Source of the DNA: a virus
Taxonomy: Duplodnaviria > Caudoviricetes
Length of the DNA stretch: 48,776 bases
Direction: 5' to 3' (one strand)
Virus record (IMG/VR): IMGVR_UViG_3300011114_000473
Location: 1 to 48,776 of that record
Shown here: positions 9,136-19,283 of the stretch, in pieces
Position numbering within the stretch: the stretch's first letter is position 1
Layout: every line of letters begins with the position of its first letter
The notes under the pieces: model-generated
Databases searched by the model: none
What the model was told of the DNA's origin: nothing
The model's input: only the letters and a program-made list of their open reading frames with translations
Program-made: the position numbers and the translations under genes

Positions 9136-9204
9136 TTTAGTTATGTAAGTTATCTATACACTGATATAGTGCGGTTCTCGTTTTGTTGCCCCAAGGGCTT
9201 GTGA

Positions 9205-11562
9205 ATGCCGCTTACCCCAGGTTTGGGTTCCAGTATCCGGCTCGCCCCCCCAACGGAGCCGGAATTGTCGCCGCCGTCCGATCTGAACGTCCCCCCGGAT
9301 CAGGATGGCGGCGACGTTTTGCATTTCGATGACAGCGGCGCGGTGCTGAAGATTGAGCATGAGGACGGCTCGGTCACGGTCTCTCTTGACGGCAAGCCCA
9401 TCGATGAACCCCGCGAGAAGCAAAATGCGGGCTGGTTCGGCAATCTGATCGAAGACCTCGACGATATGGAGGAGGGCCGGATCGCCGAGGATCTCATGCG
9501 TGGGATCGGAGACGACATCATCTCCAGATCGGAGTGGATCGAGGATCGGGCCTCGGGCATCAAGCTACTCGGCCTCAAGATCGAAGTCCCCGGCCTTTCC
9601 GGCTCCTCCGAGGGCGCTCCGGTCGATGGCATGAGCAAGGTTCGCCACCCGCTTCTCATGGAGGCGGTTCTTCGCTTCCAGGCCAACGCGCGGTCGGAAC
9701 TCCTGCCCACGGACGGCCCGGTCAAGATCCGCAACGACAACAACGACGCGACGGTCCAGAACGACCATCTGGCGAACATTCTTGAGAAAGATCTCAACCA
9801 TTACCTGACGGCGGTCGCGACCGAGTATTATCCGGACACCGACCGGATGCTTCTACTTCTCGGGTTTGGCGGGACGGCCTTCAAGAAGGTCTATTTCTGC
9901 CCGCTCCGGAATCGCCCCGTCAGCGAGACGGTCGATGCGGACGACCTGATCGTCAACAATGCGGCCACCGATCTCGGGAATGCCAAGCGCATCACCCACC
10001 GCACTCTGATGCGGCCCTCGACGGTGAAGCGGCTCCAGATTCTCGGCGTCTATCGCGACGTCGATCTACAGACACCGAATCAGGCAAACCTCGACAGCGT
10101 CCAGCTTGAGAAGCGGTCTCAAGAAGGCATCGCGCCGTCCACATCGAACCCCGAAGACCGCGACCGGGAGATCTACGAATGCTACTGCGAACTCGACATC
10201 AAGGGGTTTGAGCACAAGTGGAAGGGCAAAGAGACCGGCCTTGAGATCCCCTATGTCGCGACCATCGACGTAACCTCCAAGAAGATCCTCTCCCTGGTCC
10301 GGAACTACGAAGAACCCAAACCGGACGACGACAACCAACTCCCCGAGCCGCGTCAAAAGTTCGTCAAATACACCTTTGTCCCGGGCTTCGGCTTCTACGA
10401 TATCGGGCTACTGAACATCCTCGGCAACACCACGAACGCCATCACCGCGGCGTGGCGGGAGATGCTCGACTCAGGGATGTTCGCCAATTTCCCCGGCTTT
10501 CTCATCTCGAAGATGGGCTCGCGGCAGAACACCAACATTTTCCGCATTCCTCCCGGCGGTGGAGCGCAGGTCGAGACCAACGGCCAGTCCATCCGCGACG
10601 CGATCATGCCGCTGCCCTATAGCGCGCAGGGGCTTCCGGCTCTTGGCGCCCTCGTGGACAACATGGCTCAGACGGGGATGAGGGTCGGGGGAACCTCGGA
10701 GCAGCAGGTCGGCGAAGGCCGTGCCGATGCGCCCGTAGGCACGACGCTTGCGCTGATCGAGCAGGCGCAGAAGATTCTCAACGCGGTTCACAAGCGGATG
10801 CATGCGGCGCAGGCGCAGGAGTTCCAGCTACTCGCCAAATGCTTCAAGGACCATCCGGATTCGTTCCTTCGCCAGCGCAAGATGGCGTCACGGCATTGCT
10901 GGAACGAGCAGGAGTTCCGACAGGCGCTTGAGGATTGCAACCTCGTCCCGCAGGCCGATCCCAATACCGCGTCGCACACTCAGCGCATTATGAAGGTGAT
11001 GGGGCTGAAGCAACTCCAGGCGGCCCAGCCGAGCCTCTACGACCCCATCGCCATCGACATGGTCGCGTTGCAGGCACTGGGTTGGTCGAACCCGCAGCAG
11101 TTCATGGCACCGCCGTCCGCCCAAGCCTCACCGCCTCCGCAATTGCTCCAGGCGCAGGCGGAATCCCAATCGAAGATGATCACCGCGAACGCCCGCATGC
11201 TGGATGCCCAGACCAAGGCAAAGCAGGCGATGGCCCCGGCCCCCGGCTTGGGCGCCGCGACTGTCAGCAAGGGTCCGTCCGACGACGAGCTCCAGATCAA
11301 GGCCATGGAGGCCGAGACCAAGGCGAAGCAGCTTGAGGTGACGGCTCGGAACAACGAGTTGGACGCGCACAGCCAAAACGCCGACCGGGAGAAGGATCTC
11401 GCGATCCAGCGGGCCAAGATCATCGTGGAAGAGATGCGGTCGCGTGACGACCGGGTGCATGACCACGGGATGCAGGACAAGGCGCTCGCCGCGCAGCACA
11501 TCTCAAGCGCGATCGCCGCATCCAAATCCATCGCGCCTAGAAAGGGTTACCCCAATGCGTGA
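9205..11562 (+). CDS. Portal protein (P22-like podovirus type)
   Basis: 785 aa ORF after terL; HPLLMEAVLRFQANARSELLPTDGPVK, GTAFKKVY, PGFGFYDIGL and APVGTTLALIEQ; coiled-coil C-terminal barrel. Confidence 0.9.
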   Translation: MPLTPGLGSSIRLAPPTEPELSPPSDLNVPPDQDGGDVLHFDDSGAVLKIEHEDGSVTVSLDGKPIDEPREKQNAGWFGNLIEDLDDMEEGRIAEDLMRGIGDDIISRSEWIEDRASGIKLLGLKIEVPGLSGSSEGAPVDGMSKVRHPLLMEAVLRFQANARSELLPTDGPVKIRNDNNDATVQNDHLANILEKDLNHYLTAVATEYYPDTDRMLLLLGFGGTAFKKVYFCPLRNRPVSETVDADDLIVNNAATDLGNAKRITHRTLMRPSTVKRLQILGVYRDVDLQTPNQANLDSVQLEKRSQEGIAPSTSNPEDRDREIYECYCELDIKGFEHKWKGKETGLEIPYVATIDVTSKKILSLVRNYEEPKPDDDNQLPEPRQKFVKYTFVPGFGFYDIGLLNILGNTTNAITAAWREMLDSGMFANFPGFLISKMGSRQNTNIFRIPPGGGAQVETNGQSIRDAIMPLPYSAQGLPALGALVDNMAQTGMRVGGTSEQQVGEGRADAPVGTTLALIEQAQKILNAVHKRMHAAQAQEFQLLAKCFKDHPDSFLRQRKMASRHCWNEQEFRQALEDCNLVPQADPNTASHTQRIMKVMGLKQLQAAQPSLYDPIAIDMVALQALGWSNPQQFMAPPSAQASPPPQLLQAQAESQSKMITANARMLDAQTKAKQAMAPAPGLGAATVSKGPSDDELQIKAMEAETKAKQLEVTARNNELDAHSQNADREKDLAIQRAKIIVEEMRSRDDRVHDHGMQDKALAAQHISSAIAASKSIAPRKGYPNA

Positions 11563-12382
11563 TCAACAGCAGGCGATCAGGGCCGCGCTCCGCATTGCGC
11601 GCGCCGGCAAAGATATCGGCGGCGGATTGAGTTCGATCGGCTCGTTCAACGCGCTCGGGCCGGGAGATGTTCTGGAGACCATTGGAGCGGGATCGGCGGC
11701 CAACCGGCTTCCGCCCAATGTTCATGCGGGCGCGACGAACCCCACCGCGTTGCGGTCGCCTGGCGTTGTGAAGATCCCGCCGCTGCCGAAGCCGGGAGAT
11801 CCGGTAGGGGTGATCGCCCCTCTACCTCCGGGCAGTTCGCCCACAACCCCCGCAATGGGATCGGGCGAAGGCGTCAACGGTGCCGATGATCACGGCATGG
11901 AGGGCCTTGCCTTCGGCAACAACGACGCGGTCGGACGCGGCATCCAGTCGGCGCTCGGCATGATGGGCGTCCACGGTGGCTTCGATGGCGGTGCCTCGGC
12001 GGCTATCGGCAAGGGCAACGCAGATAGCCATAGCGCGGACGCTCAACAGGCCGAAAACAATTCCGGTACCTACGACGGCGGTTATGGCGGTGCTGATAGC
12101 GGCGGCGGTGGCCCCGGCCAAGGCAGCAGCGACGGCCCCGGTGGTTGGGGCATGGGCATGGGCGGCGACGATGGCGGCGGCGGAACTGGCGGGTTCGGCG
12201 GGTATGCTAATGGCGGCTACATCCCCCTGCATCGAGCCTCTGGCGGCGCTGTAGATCCCGTCGTCCTGAAGGCGCTCCACGTCATCGCGACCGACCTCGC
12301 TCATCTCGCCCACGACCACGGAATCCCCCCTCACGAACTCGCGGGAAGGATTGCCCGCATCTTTCTTCCACGAAGGAGCTAA
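11555..12382 (+). CDS. Gly-rich hypothetical virion/internal protein with xxxGG motifs
   Basis: MRDQQQAIRAALRIAR start overlaps the portal stop; YANGG and RASGG motifs. Confidence 0.65.
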   Translation: MRDQQQAIRAALRIARAGKDIGGGLSSIGSFNALGPGDVLETIGAGSAANRLPPNVHAGATNPTALRSPGVVKIPPLPKPGDPVGVIAPLPPGSSPTTPAMGSGEGVNGADDHGMEGLAFGNNDAVGRGIQSALGMMGVHGGFDGGASAAIGKGNADSHSADAQQAENNSGTYDGGYGGADSGGGGPGQGSSDGPGGWGMGMGGDDGGGGTGGFGGYANGGYIPLHRASGGAVDPVVLKALHVIATDLAHLAHDHGIPPHELAGRIARIFLPRRS

Positions 12383-12387
12383 ACGCC

Positions 12388-13884
12388 ATGTCGGAAGCAT
12401 CGGTAGCCGCCCGCAAGGCGATGAAGGACAAGGCCCGCCGTATGACCGGCGCGGACAACGCTGAAAAGGTCGATGCGTCGAGTTGGACGCCGTCCGAGCC
12501 TGAGAATGCGGACAAGGCAACGGGCCTGCGTCCGATCTCTCCGCGCGCTTATCGCCGTGGCGGGAAGGTCGGCATGGTGGCATCCGGCGAGAAGACCGCG
12601 ACCCGCGCAGATCGCAAGCCCCGGAAGTCCGGTGGATCGGCGAACGATTACATCAACCGCGACGTGAAGGCCGCCAATGCCGAGAAGGGCAAGCCCCATA
12701 TCGGCGGGTATAAGAACGGCGGTCGGCCCGGCAAGATGTTCGGCGGACAGATGGTCGATCCCCGCGCCCTCGCCGAAGCCAGCGTAACAGACGCCGGAAA
12801 CCGCAGCGGCGTCGGATCGGCGCGCATGAGTTTCCAGGGCTCCAAGGGCACGCCGCTTCCCTACAAGAAGGGCGGCGAGGCGCGCAAGAAGCGATTGGCT
12901 GGTGGCCGGTCGCTTGGCGAGACGGTCGATACACAAAACAAAACGCGCGAGATGGATGATATCGAGCGCAACAACTACAGGGCCCAGCGTTCTAAGGGAT
13001 TTGCCAAAGGTGAGTCCCAATATCATGCGACCAATCCGCCCGGCAGGCTTTTTGATGAAGGCACTCCCGACCCCTGGGATGAGGCCGAAGGAAAGATGCG
13101 GGGCGGGAAGGCGAAGCATTCCGATGAAGCCGAGGACAAGGCGCTCATCAAGAAGATGGTCAAGAAGGCCGACCTGAAGCCTGCCGCGAAGTGTGGTGGC
13201 GGCGCGATGAAGAACGGCGGCAAGGCGCTGCGCGCGCGAGGCGGGAAGGCTCCGGAATGGGAACAGCGCCAAATCCTCGACCGAATGAACGAAAAGACTG
13301 ATCGAGAGCGGAACGCCGCCGCCACTCGGAAAACATTTCCCAATGTCAGCAAGATGACAAGCGAAGGTCACCCCGATTGGGATGCTATGGGCGTCAAGGG
13401 AACCGGGCAGCGCGCTCGTGGCGGGAAGGCATCACACGGCACCGATTGCGACTGCAAAGCCTGCCGCGCTTCGGGCGGGAAAGCCGGGAACTACACCGGA
13501 GGCACTCGCCCGACTGGCGGCCGGATCGCCAAGGCCTCGGGCGGGCGTACCGGCAAGGGCAAGATGAACGTAAACATCGTCATCGCGCAGCCCGGCCAGA
13601 ATCAACCGGCCGGACAGCCCCCGATGCAGCCCCCGCCGCGCCCGGCCATGCCGATCCCGGTTCTCCCGCCGACGATGGCCCCGCAGATGGGCGGCATCAG
13701 CGCGCCTCCCGCTGCCATGCCGAGCCCCGTTGGTGCGGCACCTCCGATGTCCATGCCGATGCCGATGCCGATGCCCCGCCAGTCCGGAGGGCGCACCTAC
13801 CGCTCCTATAAGGACATGGACGCGGGAAGCCTTGGGGGTATGGGTCGTTTGGAGAAGTCCGAGATCCAGGCGCACAAGCGGTAA
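12388..13884 (+). CDS. Basic low-complexity protein with about 15 [YRKM]xxGG repeats (putative internal/head protein)
   Basis: AAGGAG RBS; YRRGG, RKSGG, YKNGG, YKKGG, RLAGG, KMRGG, MKNGG, RARGG x2, RASGG, KASGG, RQSGG; Pro/Met-rich C-terminal linker. Confidence 0.8.
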   Translation: MSEASVAARKAMKDKARRMTGADNAEKVDASSWTPSEPENADKATGLRPISPRAYRRGGKVGMVASGEKTATRADRKPRKSGGSANDYINRDVKAANAEKGKPHIGGYKNGGRPGKMFGGQMVDPRALAEASVTDAGNRSGVGSARMSFQGSKGTPLPYKKGGEARKKRLAGGRSLGETVDTQNKTREMDDIERNNYRAQRSKGFAKGESQYHATNPPGRLFDEGTPDPWDEAEGKMRGGKAKHSDEAEDKALIKKMVKKADLKPAAKCGGGAMKNGGKALRARGGKAPEWEQRQILDRMNEKTDRERNAAATRKTFPNVSKMTSEGHPDWDAMGVKGTGQRARGGKASHGTDCDCKACRASGGKAGNYTGGTRPTGGRIAKASGGRTGKGKMNVNIVIAQPGQNQPAGQPPMQPPPRPAMPIPVLPPTMAPQMGGISAPPAAMPSPVGAAPPMSMPMPMPMPRQSGGRTYRSYKDMDAGSLGGMGRLEKSEIQAHKR

Positions 13885-13890
13885 TCGGCA

Positions 13891-14106
13891 GTGCTGACCT
13901 ATGACACCAGAGTTGGGCAGGTTCTCACCCGCAAGATCAACGAGCAGGTCGAGTTTCTCAAAGAGAGCCTGACCATCGGACACTCCGACCTCGGCCACTA
14001 TCGCCAGATGTGCGGTCGGATCTTAGGGCTCCGCGAGGCTTCCGAACTCATCGGGGAAGCCATCGCGGAGATCGAAGGCAGAAAGACGGATCAACAGACA
14101 ATCTAG
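13891..14106 (+). CDS. Conserved hypothetical protein upstream of groES
   Basis: 71 aa helical protein with a Y..MCG.I.GL pattern, typical of this position in such phages. Confidence 0.65.
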   Translation: MLTYDTRVGQVLTRKINEQVEFLKESLTIGHSDLGHYRQMCGRILGLREASELIGEAIAEIEGRKTDQQTI

Positions 14107-14114
14107 GAGATCAA

Positions 14115-14528
14115 ATGCCCGCATTGAAGATGTTGCACACCGTTGACCCCCGCGACGCGCTTCTCGAAAGGCTCGGCGACACCTCCAAGATCGAGGTCTT
14201 CAACAACCTCGTTCTGGTGGCGATCTACGAACGCCCGGAGAAGACCAGCGGCGGATTGATTCTCCCCGGTCAGAACCTCGCGGAAGACCGGCATCAGTCC
14301 AAGGTCGGGCTCGTCATCCGCACGGGGCCATCGGCCTTTGTTTCGGATGGCAACTGGTTCAACGGCATCAAGGTCGATGTGGGCGACTGGATCCTGTTCC
14401 GCGCCTCGGACGGTTGGCGGCTCGATCTCCCGGCCAGGATTAACGGCAGGAGCAGCGAAGTCCCGTGCCGGATGCTTGAGGATGTCGCGGTCAAGGGCCG
14501 CATCGACCATCCCGACCGGGTTTGGTGA
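14115..14528 (+). CDS. groES: Co-chaperonin GroES (Cpn10)-like protein
   Basis: NLVLV...EKTSGGLILP mobile loop, GLVIRTGP and VDVGDWILF; AGGAG RBS. Confidence 0.88.
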   Translation: MPALKMLHTVDPRDALLERLGDTSKIEVFNNLVLVAIYERPEKTSGGLILPGQNLAEDRHQSKVGLVIRTGPSAFVSDGNWFNGIKVDVGDWILFRASDGWRLDLPARINGRSSEVPCRMLEDVAVKGRIDHPDRVW

Positions 14529-14539
14529 GGAGAACGCAG

Positions 14540-15469
14540 ATGGACGCCACCGAAACCTCTGTTCTGGAAAAAGAACCCGAAATCATCGTCGAAACGGCGC
14601 CGGAAGTCGTTGTCGAGCACGAAAACACGACCGATAACACCCCGACCGTCGATGAAAGCCTCGATACCCTGACGCGGCAGCTTGAGGCGAAGAACCAAGA
14701 GGCGATAGATGAGCGCAAGGGGCGTCTCGACGCCGAAAAGCGCGCGTATTCCGCTGAAACCACGGCGCGGCAGGCGACGGGCAGTGTTGACGAGACCAAT
14801 CTTCAATTGATCGGCAGCGCGCTCGAGCAAACCGCCCAGCAGCAGGCCATCCACAAGGCCAATCTGAGGACCGCGCTCCAAAACGGCGACGCCGACGCCA
14901 TGGCCGACGCACAAGAGCAAATCGCGATCCTCGCCACGCGGAAAGCGCAGCTTGAAAACGGCCAGTTCGCGCTTGAGGAGCACATCGAGCGGAAGCGTAA
15001 CGCGCCGCCGCCCGTTCTTCATTCCGATCCGGTCGAGCAGTTGGCTTCCGGTCTGACGCCGCGGTCGGCATCCTGGGTGCGCTCGCATCCCGAATACGTC
15101 CGCGACCCCCGGCTCAATCGCAAGATGATCCGGGCGCATGAAGACGCGATGGACGACCGCCTCTCCGTCGATACCGACGAGTATTTCCAGTTCATCGAAA
15201 GCCGGTTGGGCCTCGGTCAGCAGGAAGTCACGCGCCGCAACGATGTGCAGCAGGACGATTCCCCGATGTCGGAAGCCTCGGCCCCGACCGCTCGCAGAAC
15301 ACCCCCTCCCGCCGCTCCCGTGACCCGTTCCGGCACGCCGAACGGTCAACGCCCCGGTGTCGTCCGCCTCTCCAGTCAGGAGAAGGAGATGGCCGACATG
15401 ATGGGCATGACCGAGATCGACTACTGGAAGAACAAGGAAGCCCTGAAGCGCGAAGGCAAAATCCACTAA
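14540..15469 (+). CDS. Putative capsid scaffolding protein
   Basis: Acidic N-terminus, coiled coil, PAAPVTRS and a C-terminal VRLS..EKEMA..MGMT...Y motif; position after groES. Confidence 0.7.
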   Translation: MDATETSVLEKEPEIIVETAPEVVVEHENTTDNTPTVDESLDTLTRQLEAKNQEAIDERKGRLDAEKRAYSAETTARQATGSVDETNLQLIGSALEQTAQQQAIHKANLRTALQNGDADAMADAQEQIAILATRKAQLENGQFALEEHIERKRNAPPPVLHSDPVEQLASGLTPRSASWVRSHPEYVRDPRLNRKMIRAHEDAMDDRLSVDTDEYFQFIESRLGLGQQEVTRRNDVQQDDSPMSEASAPTARRTPPPAAPVTRSGTPNGQRPGVVRLSSQEKEMADMMGMTEIDYWKNKEALKREGKIH

Positions 15470-15484
15470 TCGAAAGGAGTTCCC

Positions 15485-16108
15485 ATGGACGACGCAATCG
15501 TAGAGCCGACCCGCCGCAGCCCCCGTCGCAAGAAGATCGAAACCGCTCCGGTCGAAGGCACCGAAGCCACCATCGAGATTGCCTCGAATGTCGAGAGCAA
15601 AGCCCCCGAACGCCCCGCGATGCGCCGCGTGATGCGCGATGAAGACCCGCGTGTTGCCGCCGAAAAGCGCGCCGCGGCGATTCTCGATCATCTCGGCGAG
15701 ATCAGCACGGGAACGGATGATTTCTACGTCGATCCCTCGGCCATCCCCGCTGGCTGGACCTACGAATGGAAGCGCCACACGCTTCTCGGCAAGGAAGACC
15801 CGTCCTATCAGGTGCAACTCGCCCGCACCGGCTGGGAGCCCGTCCCCGCGTCTCGGCATCCCGAGATGATGCCGTCGGGCAACCGCCACGCGATCATCGA
15901 ACGCAAGGGCATGATCCTGATGGAGCGCCCGGAGAGCATCACCGTTCGTTTCAGGGCGGCCGATGACAAGCATGCGCGCGATCAGGTACGGACCAAGCAG
16001 GAGCAGCTTGCGGTCGCCAAGGAAGGCACCTTCGAGCGGCAGAACAAGGACGCACCGCTGGCGAAGATTCGGCACTCCTACGAGCCGCTTGAAATACCTG
16101 CCGGTTGA
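15485..16108 (+). CDS. Conserved head-module hypothetical protein
   Basis: AAGGAG RBS; IPAGWTYEWKR...GWEPV...GMILMERP pattern, usually found between scaffold and capsid genes. Confidence 0.7.
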   Translation: MDDAIVEPTRRSPRRKKIETAPVEGTEATIEIASNVESKAPERPAMRRVMRDEDPRVAAEKRAAAILDHLGEISTGTDDFYVDPSAIPAGWTYEWKRHTLLGKEDPSYQVQLARTGWEPVPASRHPEMMPSGNRHAIIERKGMILMERPESITVRFRAADDKHARDQVRTKQEQLAVAKEGTFERQNKDAPLAKIRHSYEPLEIPAG

Positions 16109-16130
16109 TCGGGAAGGGTGACGTAACGCC

Positions 16131-16844
16131 ATGACCACGGGCCTGACCTACACGACCTATGTGACGCAGATCGCGACGCTGGCCGTTGTCTCGTCCACAG
16201 ACACGGCGTTCGTCACCATCCTCCCGCAGATGATCACCTATGCGGAAAATCGGATTTACCGGGATCTCGATCTGCTTTCGACGGTCGATTCCGCGACCTA
16301 TACGATGACGCCATATCAGCGGACCGTCTCGGTTCCCGCAGGCGACTTCGTGACGCTTCAGCAGGTTAACATCATCACCCCGTCCGGAACGACAAATCCC
16401 GATCAAGGGGCGCGGAATCCCCTCATCCCCGCGACCAAGGAATATCTGGATTTCGTCTGGTCGAGCAGTTCCGGATCGGGGCTCCCGACGCTCTTTGCGA
16501 TGATCAATCAGAGCACGTTCATTGTTGGCCCTTGGCCGGATGCGAACTACACGGCGGAAGTTGTCGGAACCATCCGCCCGCAGTCGCTCAGTAGTTCCAA
16601 TACGACTACGGTCATATCGAGCCTTTTCCCCGACCTCTTCATCATGGCGTCGATGATCTATGTGTCGGGCTATCAGCGCAATTGGGGACGGCAAGCCGAC
16701 GACCCTCAGATGGCTCAATCATACGAGAACCAATATCAGCTTCTCCTCAAATCTGCCGGTGTTGAAGAACAGAGGAAGAAGTTCGCCAGTGGCGGATGGA
16801 CATCTATGTCCCCGGCCCCCGTCGCCACCCCGTCGCGGGGGTGA
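16131..16844 (+). CDS. Head-tail adaptor / tail tubular protein A-like
   Basis: ITYAENRIYRDLD, GPWPDANY and PDLFIMASM motifs; precedes the gp10-like gene. Confidence 0.7.
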   Translation: MTTGLTYTTYVTQIATLAVVSSTDTAFVTILPQMITYAENRIYRDLDLLSTVDSATYTMTPYQRTVSVPAGDFVTLQQVNIITPSGTTNPDQGARNPLIPATKEYLDFVWSSSSGSGLPTLFAMINQSTFIVGPWPDANYTAEVVGTIRPQSLSSSNTTTVISSLFPDLFIMASMIYVSGYQRNWGRQADDPQMAQSYENQYQLLLKSAGVEEQRKKFASGGWTSMSPAPVATPSRG

Positions 16845-16847
16845 TGC

Positions 16848-18896
16848 ATGCCTCACGCGATGCTGAAATTGCTGCCGGGGGTAAATCAAAACATGACCCC
16901 GACACTGAATCAGGTAGGGGTCTCAACCTCGCAACTCATCCGCTTCATGCCCGATGGGCGCGGCGGCGCGCTCGTCCAGAAGCTCGGCGGGTGGGTCAAG
17001 TTCTTCTCATCCACCATTACCTCGATCGTTCGCAACCTATGGGCCTGGGCGGACATCAACAACAATCTATGGCTGGCGGTGGGGGCGGAATCGCAACTCG
17101 CCGTCATCAGCGGCAGTGTCCTTTACGACATCACCCCGCGCTCGGCGACGGACAATGTGGCGGTCAGCGCGACCACGACCATCAACACCAATCTGGTGAC
17201 GATCACCGACGCGGGCTCGAACATCACGAGCTACGACACGGTGTTCATCAAGACGCAGATCAGCGTCGGCGGTCTTATCCTGTTCGGGCTCTATCCTTGC
17301 GAACAGGTCGGAGCGAACACCTACAACATCTATACTTACAACCTGTTAGGGCAGCCTGCACTCGCAACAGCATCGATCATGACGGGCGGCGCTGTACCGG
17401 GCTTTACGACGGTTAGCGGTTCTTCAATCGTCACGGTGACGCTGGTAGCCCATGGGTTCAAGGTCGGCGATGACTTCGCGGCGCTGGTCTCGACCACCGT
17501 GGGTGGTGTGGTGATCTTTGGGAACTATACGATAGTCACTGTCCCGACCGCCGATACGTTCACTATTCAGGCGGCCCTTGCCGCCACGTCCTCGGCCGGC
17601 CCCAGCTATATGAATGGCGGCAACGCCCGGTATCTCTACTATATCGGCATCGGCCCGCTTCCCCTCGGCACGGGCTTCGGCGTCGGCGGGTTCGGCGTCG
17701 GCGGATTTGGTTCCGGCACCGCGATCTCCGCGAATCCCGGCACGGCGGTCGGACCCGTCACCGACTGGACGCTTGACAACTTCGGCAGCCTCCTGATCGC
17801 GAACTACCCGAACGGCCCGATATTCTCGTGGGATCCGACCATCAGCCAGCCGGTCGCCACGATCTTATCCGCAGGGCCATCGGTGAACCACGGCGCGTTC
17901 GTTGCCATGCCACAGCGCCAGATCATCGCCTGGGGCTCGACGTTCAACGGCATCCAGGACCCGCTGCTCCTGCGCTGGTGCGACATCGAGGATCCCGGCC
18001 AATGGATTGCGCTGGTGACGAACCAAGCCGGGTCGTTCCGCATCCCTCGGGGCTCCAAGATCGTACAGTGCCTTCAGGGGCCGCAGCAGGGGCTTGTATG
18101 GACCGACCTCGGCATCTGGTCGATGCAGTATATCGGGCAGCCGTTCGTCTACAGCTTTCAAGAGATCGGCAACGGCTGCGGGCTCATCGGCCCCAAGGCT
18201 GCGGCGTCGGTGAACGGCGTCGTCTATTGGATGAGCCAGTCACAGTTTTTCATGCTGGCGGGCGATGGGGTTCAGCCGATCTCCTGCCCAATCTGGGACG
18301 TGATCTTTCAGGATCTTGACACCTCGAACACCGACAAGATCCGCATCGCGCCGAACAGCCGGTTCAACGAGATCTCCTGGTACTACCCGACGACCACGAC
18401 CGGCGAGGTGCAGAAGTACGTCAAATACAACACCGTCCTCGGCGTTTGGGACTACGGAACGCTCCAGCGGACGGCATGGATTAACCAGTCTGTGTTCGGT
18501 CCTCCGATCGGCGCCAAGGGTGCGGGGTACATCTACCAGCACGAGGAAGGCTACGACGATGATACCGCGCCGATGCTGCCGTCGTTCCAGACCGGCTATG
18601 CGGCGCTCAGTGAAGCGGATGTGAAGAGCTTCATCGATCAGGTGTGGCCCGATATGAAGTGGGGGACGTTCGGCGGGACGCAGAACGCCTCGGTGCAGTT
18701 GACGTTCTATGTGGCCGATTATCCGGGCGACACGCCGACCGCCTACGGGCCGTACACGCTGACCCAGGCCACGCAGTTCATCACTCCACGGTTCCGCGCG
18801 CGGTTGCTAGCGATCGAGGTTTCGGGGATGGACGCGGGGACGTTTTGGAGGATGGGTGCCACGAGATACCGCTATCAGCCGGATGGGAAATTCTGA
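16848..18896 (+). CDS. Tail nozzle / DNA stabilization protein (P22 gp10, tubular protein B-like)
   Basis: 682 aa beta-propeller-like protein; KLLPGVN start, DPLLLRWCD and GCGLIGPKA motifs, QPDGKF end. Confidence 0.8.
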   Translation: MPHAMLKLLPGVNQNMTPTLNQVGVSTSQLIRFMPDGRGGALVQKLGGWVKFFSSTITSIVRNLWAWADINNNLWLAVGAESQLAVISGSVLYDITPRSATDNVAVSATTTINTNLVTITDAGSNITSYDTVFIKTQISVGGLILFGLYPCEQVGANTYNIYTYNLLGQPALATASIMTGGAVPGFTTVSGSSIVTVTLVAHGFKVGDDFAALVSTTVGGVVIFGNYTIVTVPTADTFTIQAALAATSSAGPSYMNGGNARYLYYIGIGPLPLGTGFGVGGFGVGGFGSGTAISANPGTAVGPVTDWTLDNFGSLLIANYPNGPIFSWDPTISQPVATILSAGPSVNHGAFVAMPQRQIIAWGSTFNGIQDPLLLRWCDIEDPGQWIALVTNQAGSFRIPRGSKIVQCLQGPQQGLVWTDLGIWSMQYIGQPFVYSFQEIGNGCGLIGPKAAASVNGVVYWMSQSQFFMLAGDGVQPISCPIWDVIFQDLDTSNTDKIRIAPNSRFNEISWYYPTTTTGEVQKYVKYNTVLGVWDYGTLQRTAWINQSVFGPPIGAKGAGYIYQHEEGYDDDTAPMLPSFQTGYAALSEADVKSFIDQVWPDMKWGTFGGTQNASVQLTFYVADYPGDTPTAYGPYTLTQATQFITPRFRARLLAIEVSGMDAGTFWRMGATRYRYQPDGKF

Positions 18897-19279
18897 TGGC
18901 AGGCATCACAGATATTTTGACTTCCGCGCAGAATATCGTCACCGCGCTATCGGGCCTGCGGCAGATCATCCAATACGGCCAAGGGACGAACACCTCTGCG
19001 ACGGTGACGGCGAGCACACTGGTGACAACGGGCTCGGGGCGGCTGGTGAACTACTCGATTACGGTCAAGGGGCTGACGGGCACGATCCACGACGCGGCGA
19101 CCGTGGCGACCGCGACGGCAGCGAACGCGCTCTGCGCCACACCGAACTACCCTGGATACACAGCGGATTCGCCGCTGGTGCCGACCGGCGTATTCCCGGT
19201 GGGGGCGTTGTTTATGAACGGTCTTGTGATCAAGCCCGGCACGGGGCAATCCGTCAACGTCACATATTCGCTGGGGTGA
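18896..19279 (+). CDS. Hypothetical virion protein
   Basis: TGATG coupling; Thr-rich beta protein (MAGITDILTSAQNIVTAL...). Confidence 0.7.
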   Translation: MAGITDILTSAQNIVTALSGLRQIIQYGQGTNTSATVTASTLVTTGSGRLVNYSITVKGLTGTIHDAATVATATAANALCATPNYPGYTADSPLVPTGVFPVGALFMNGLVIKPGTGQSVNVTYSLG

Positions 19280-19283
19280 TGGG

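Noticed and set aside
14294-16138. 614-aa minus-strand ORF (also 12379-13371, 22199-23488, 7510-8688 and 30296-31279)
   Set aside because: Antisense shadows of well-supported plus-strand genes, expected with strong GC3 bias; no recognisable motifs.
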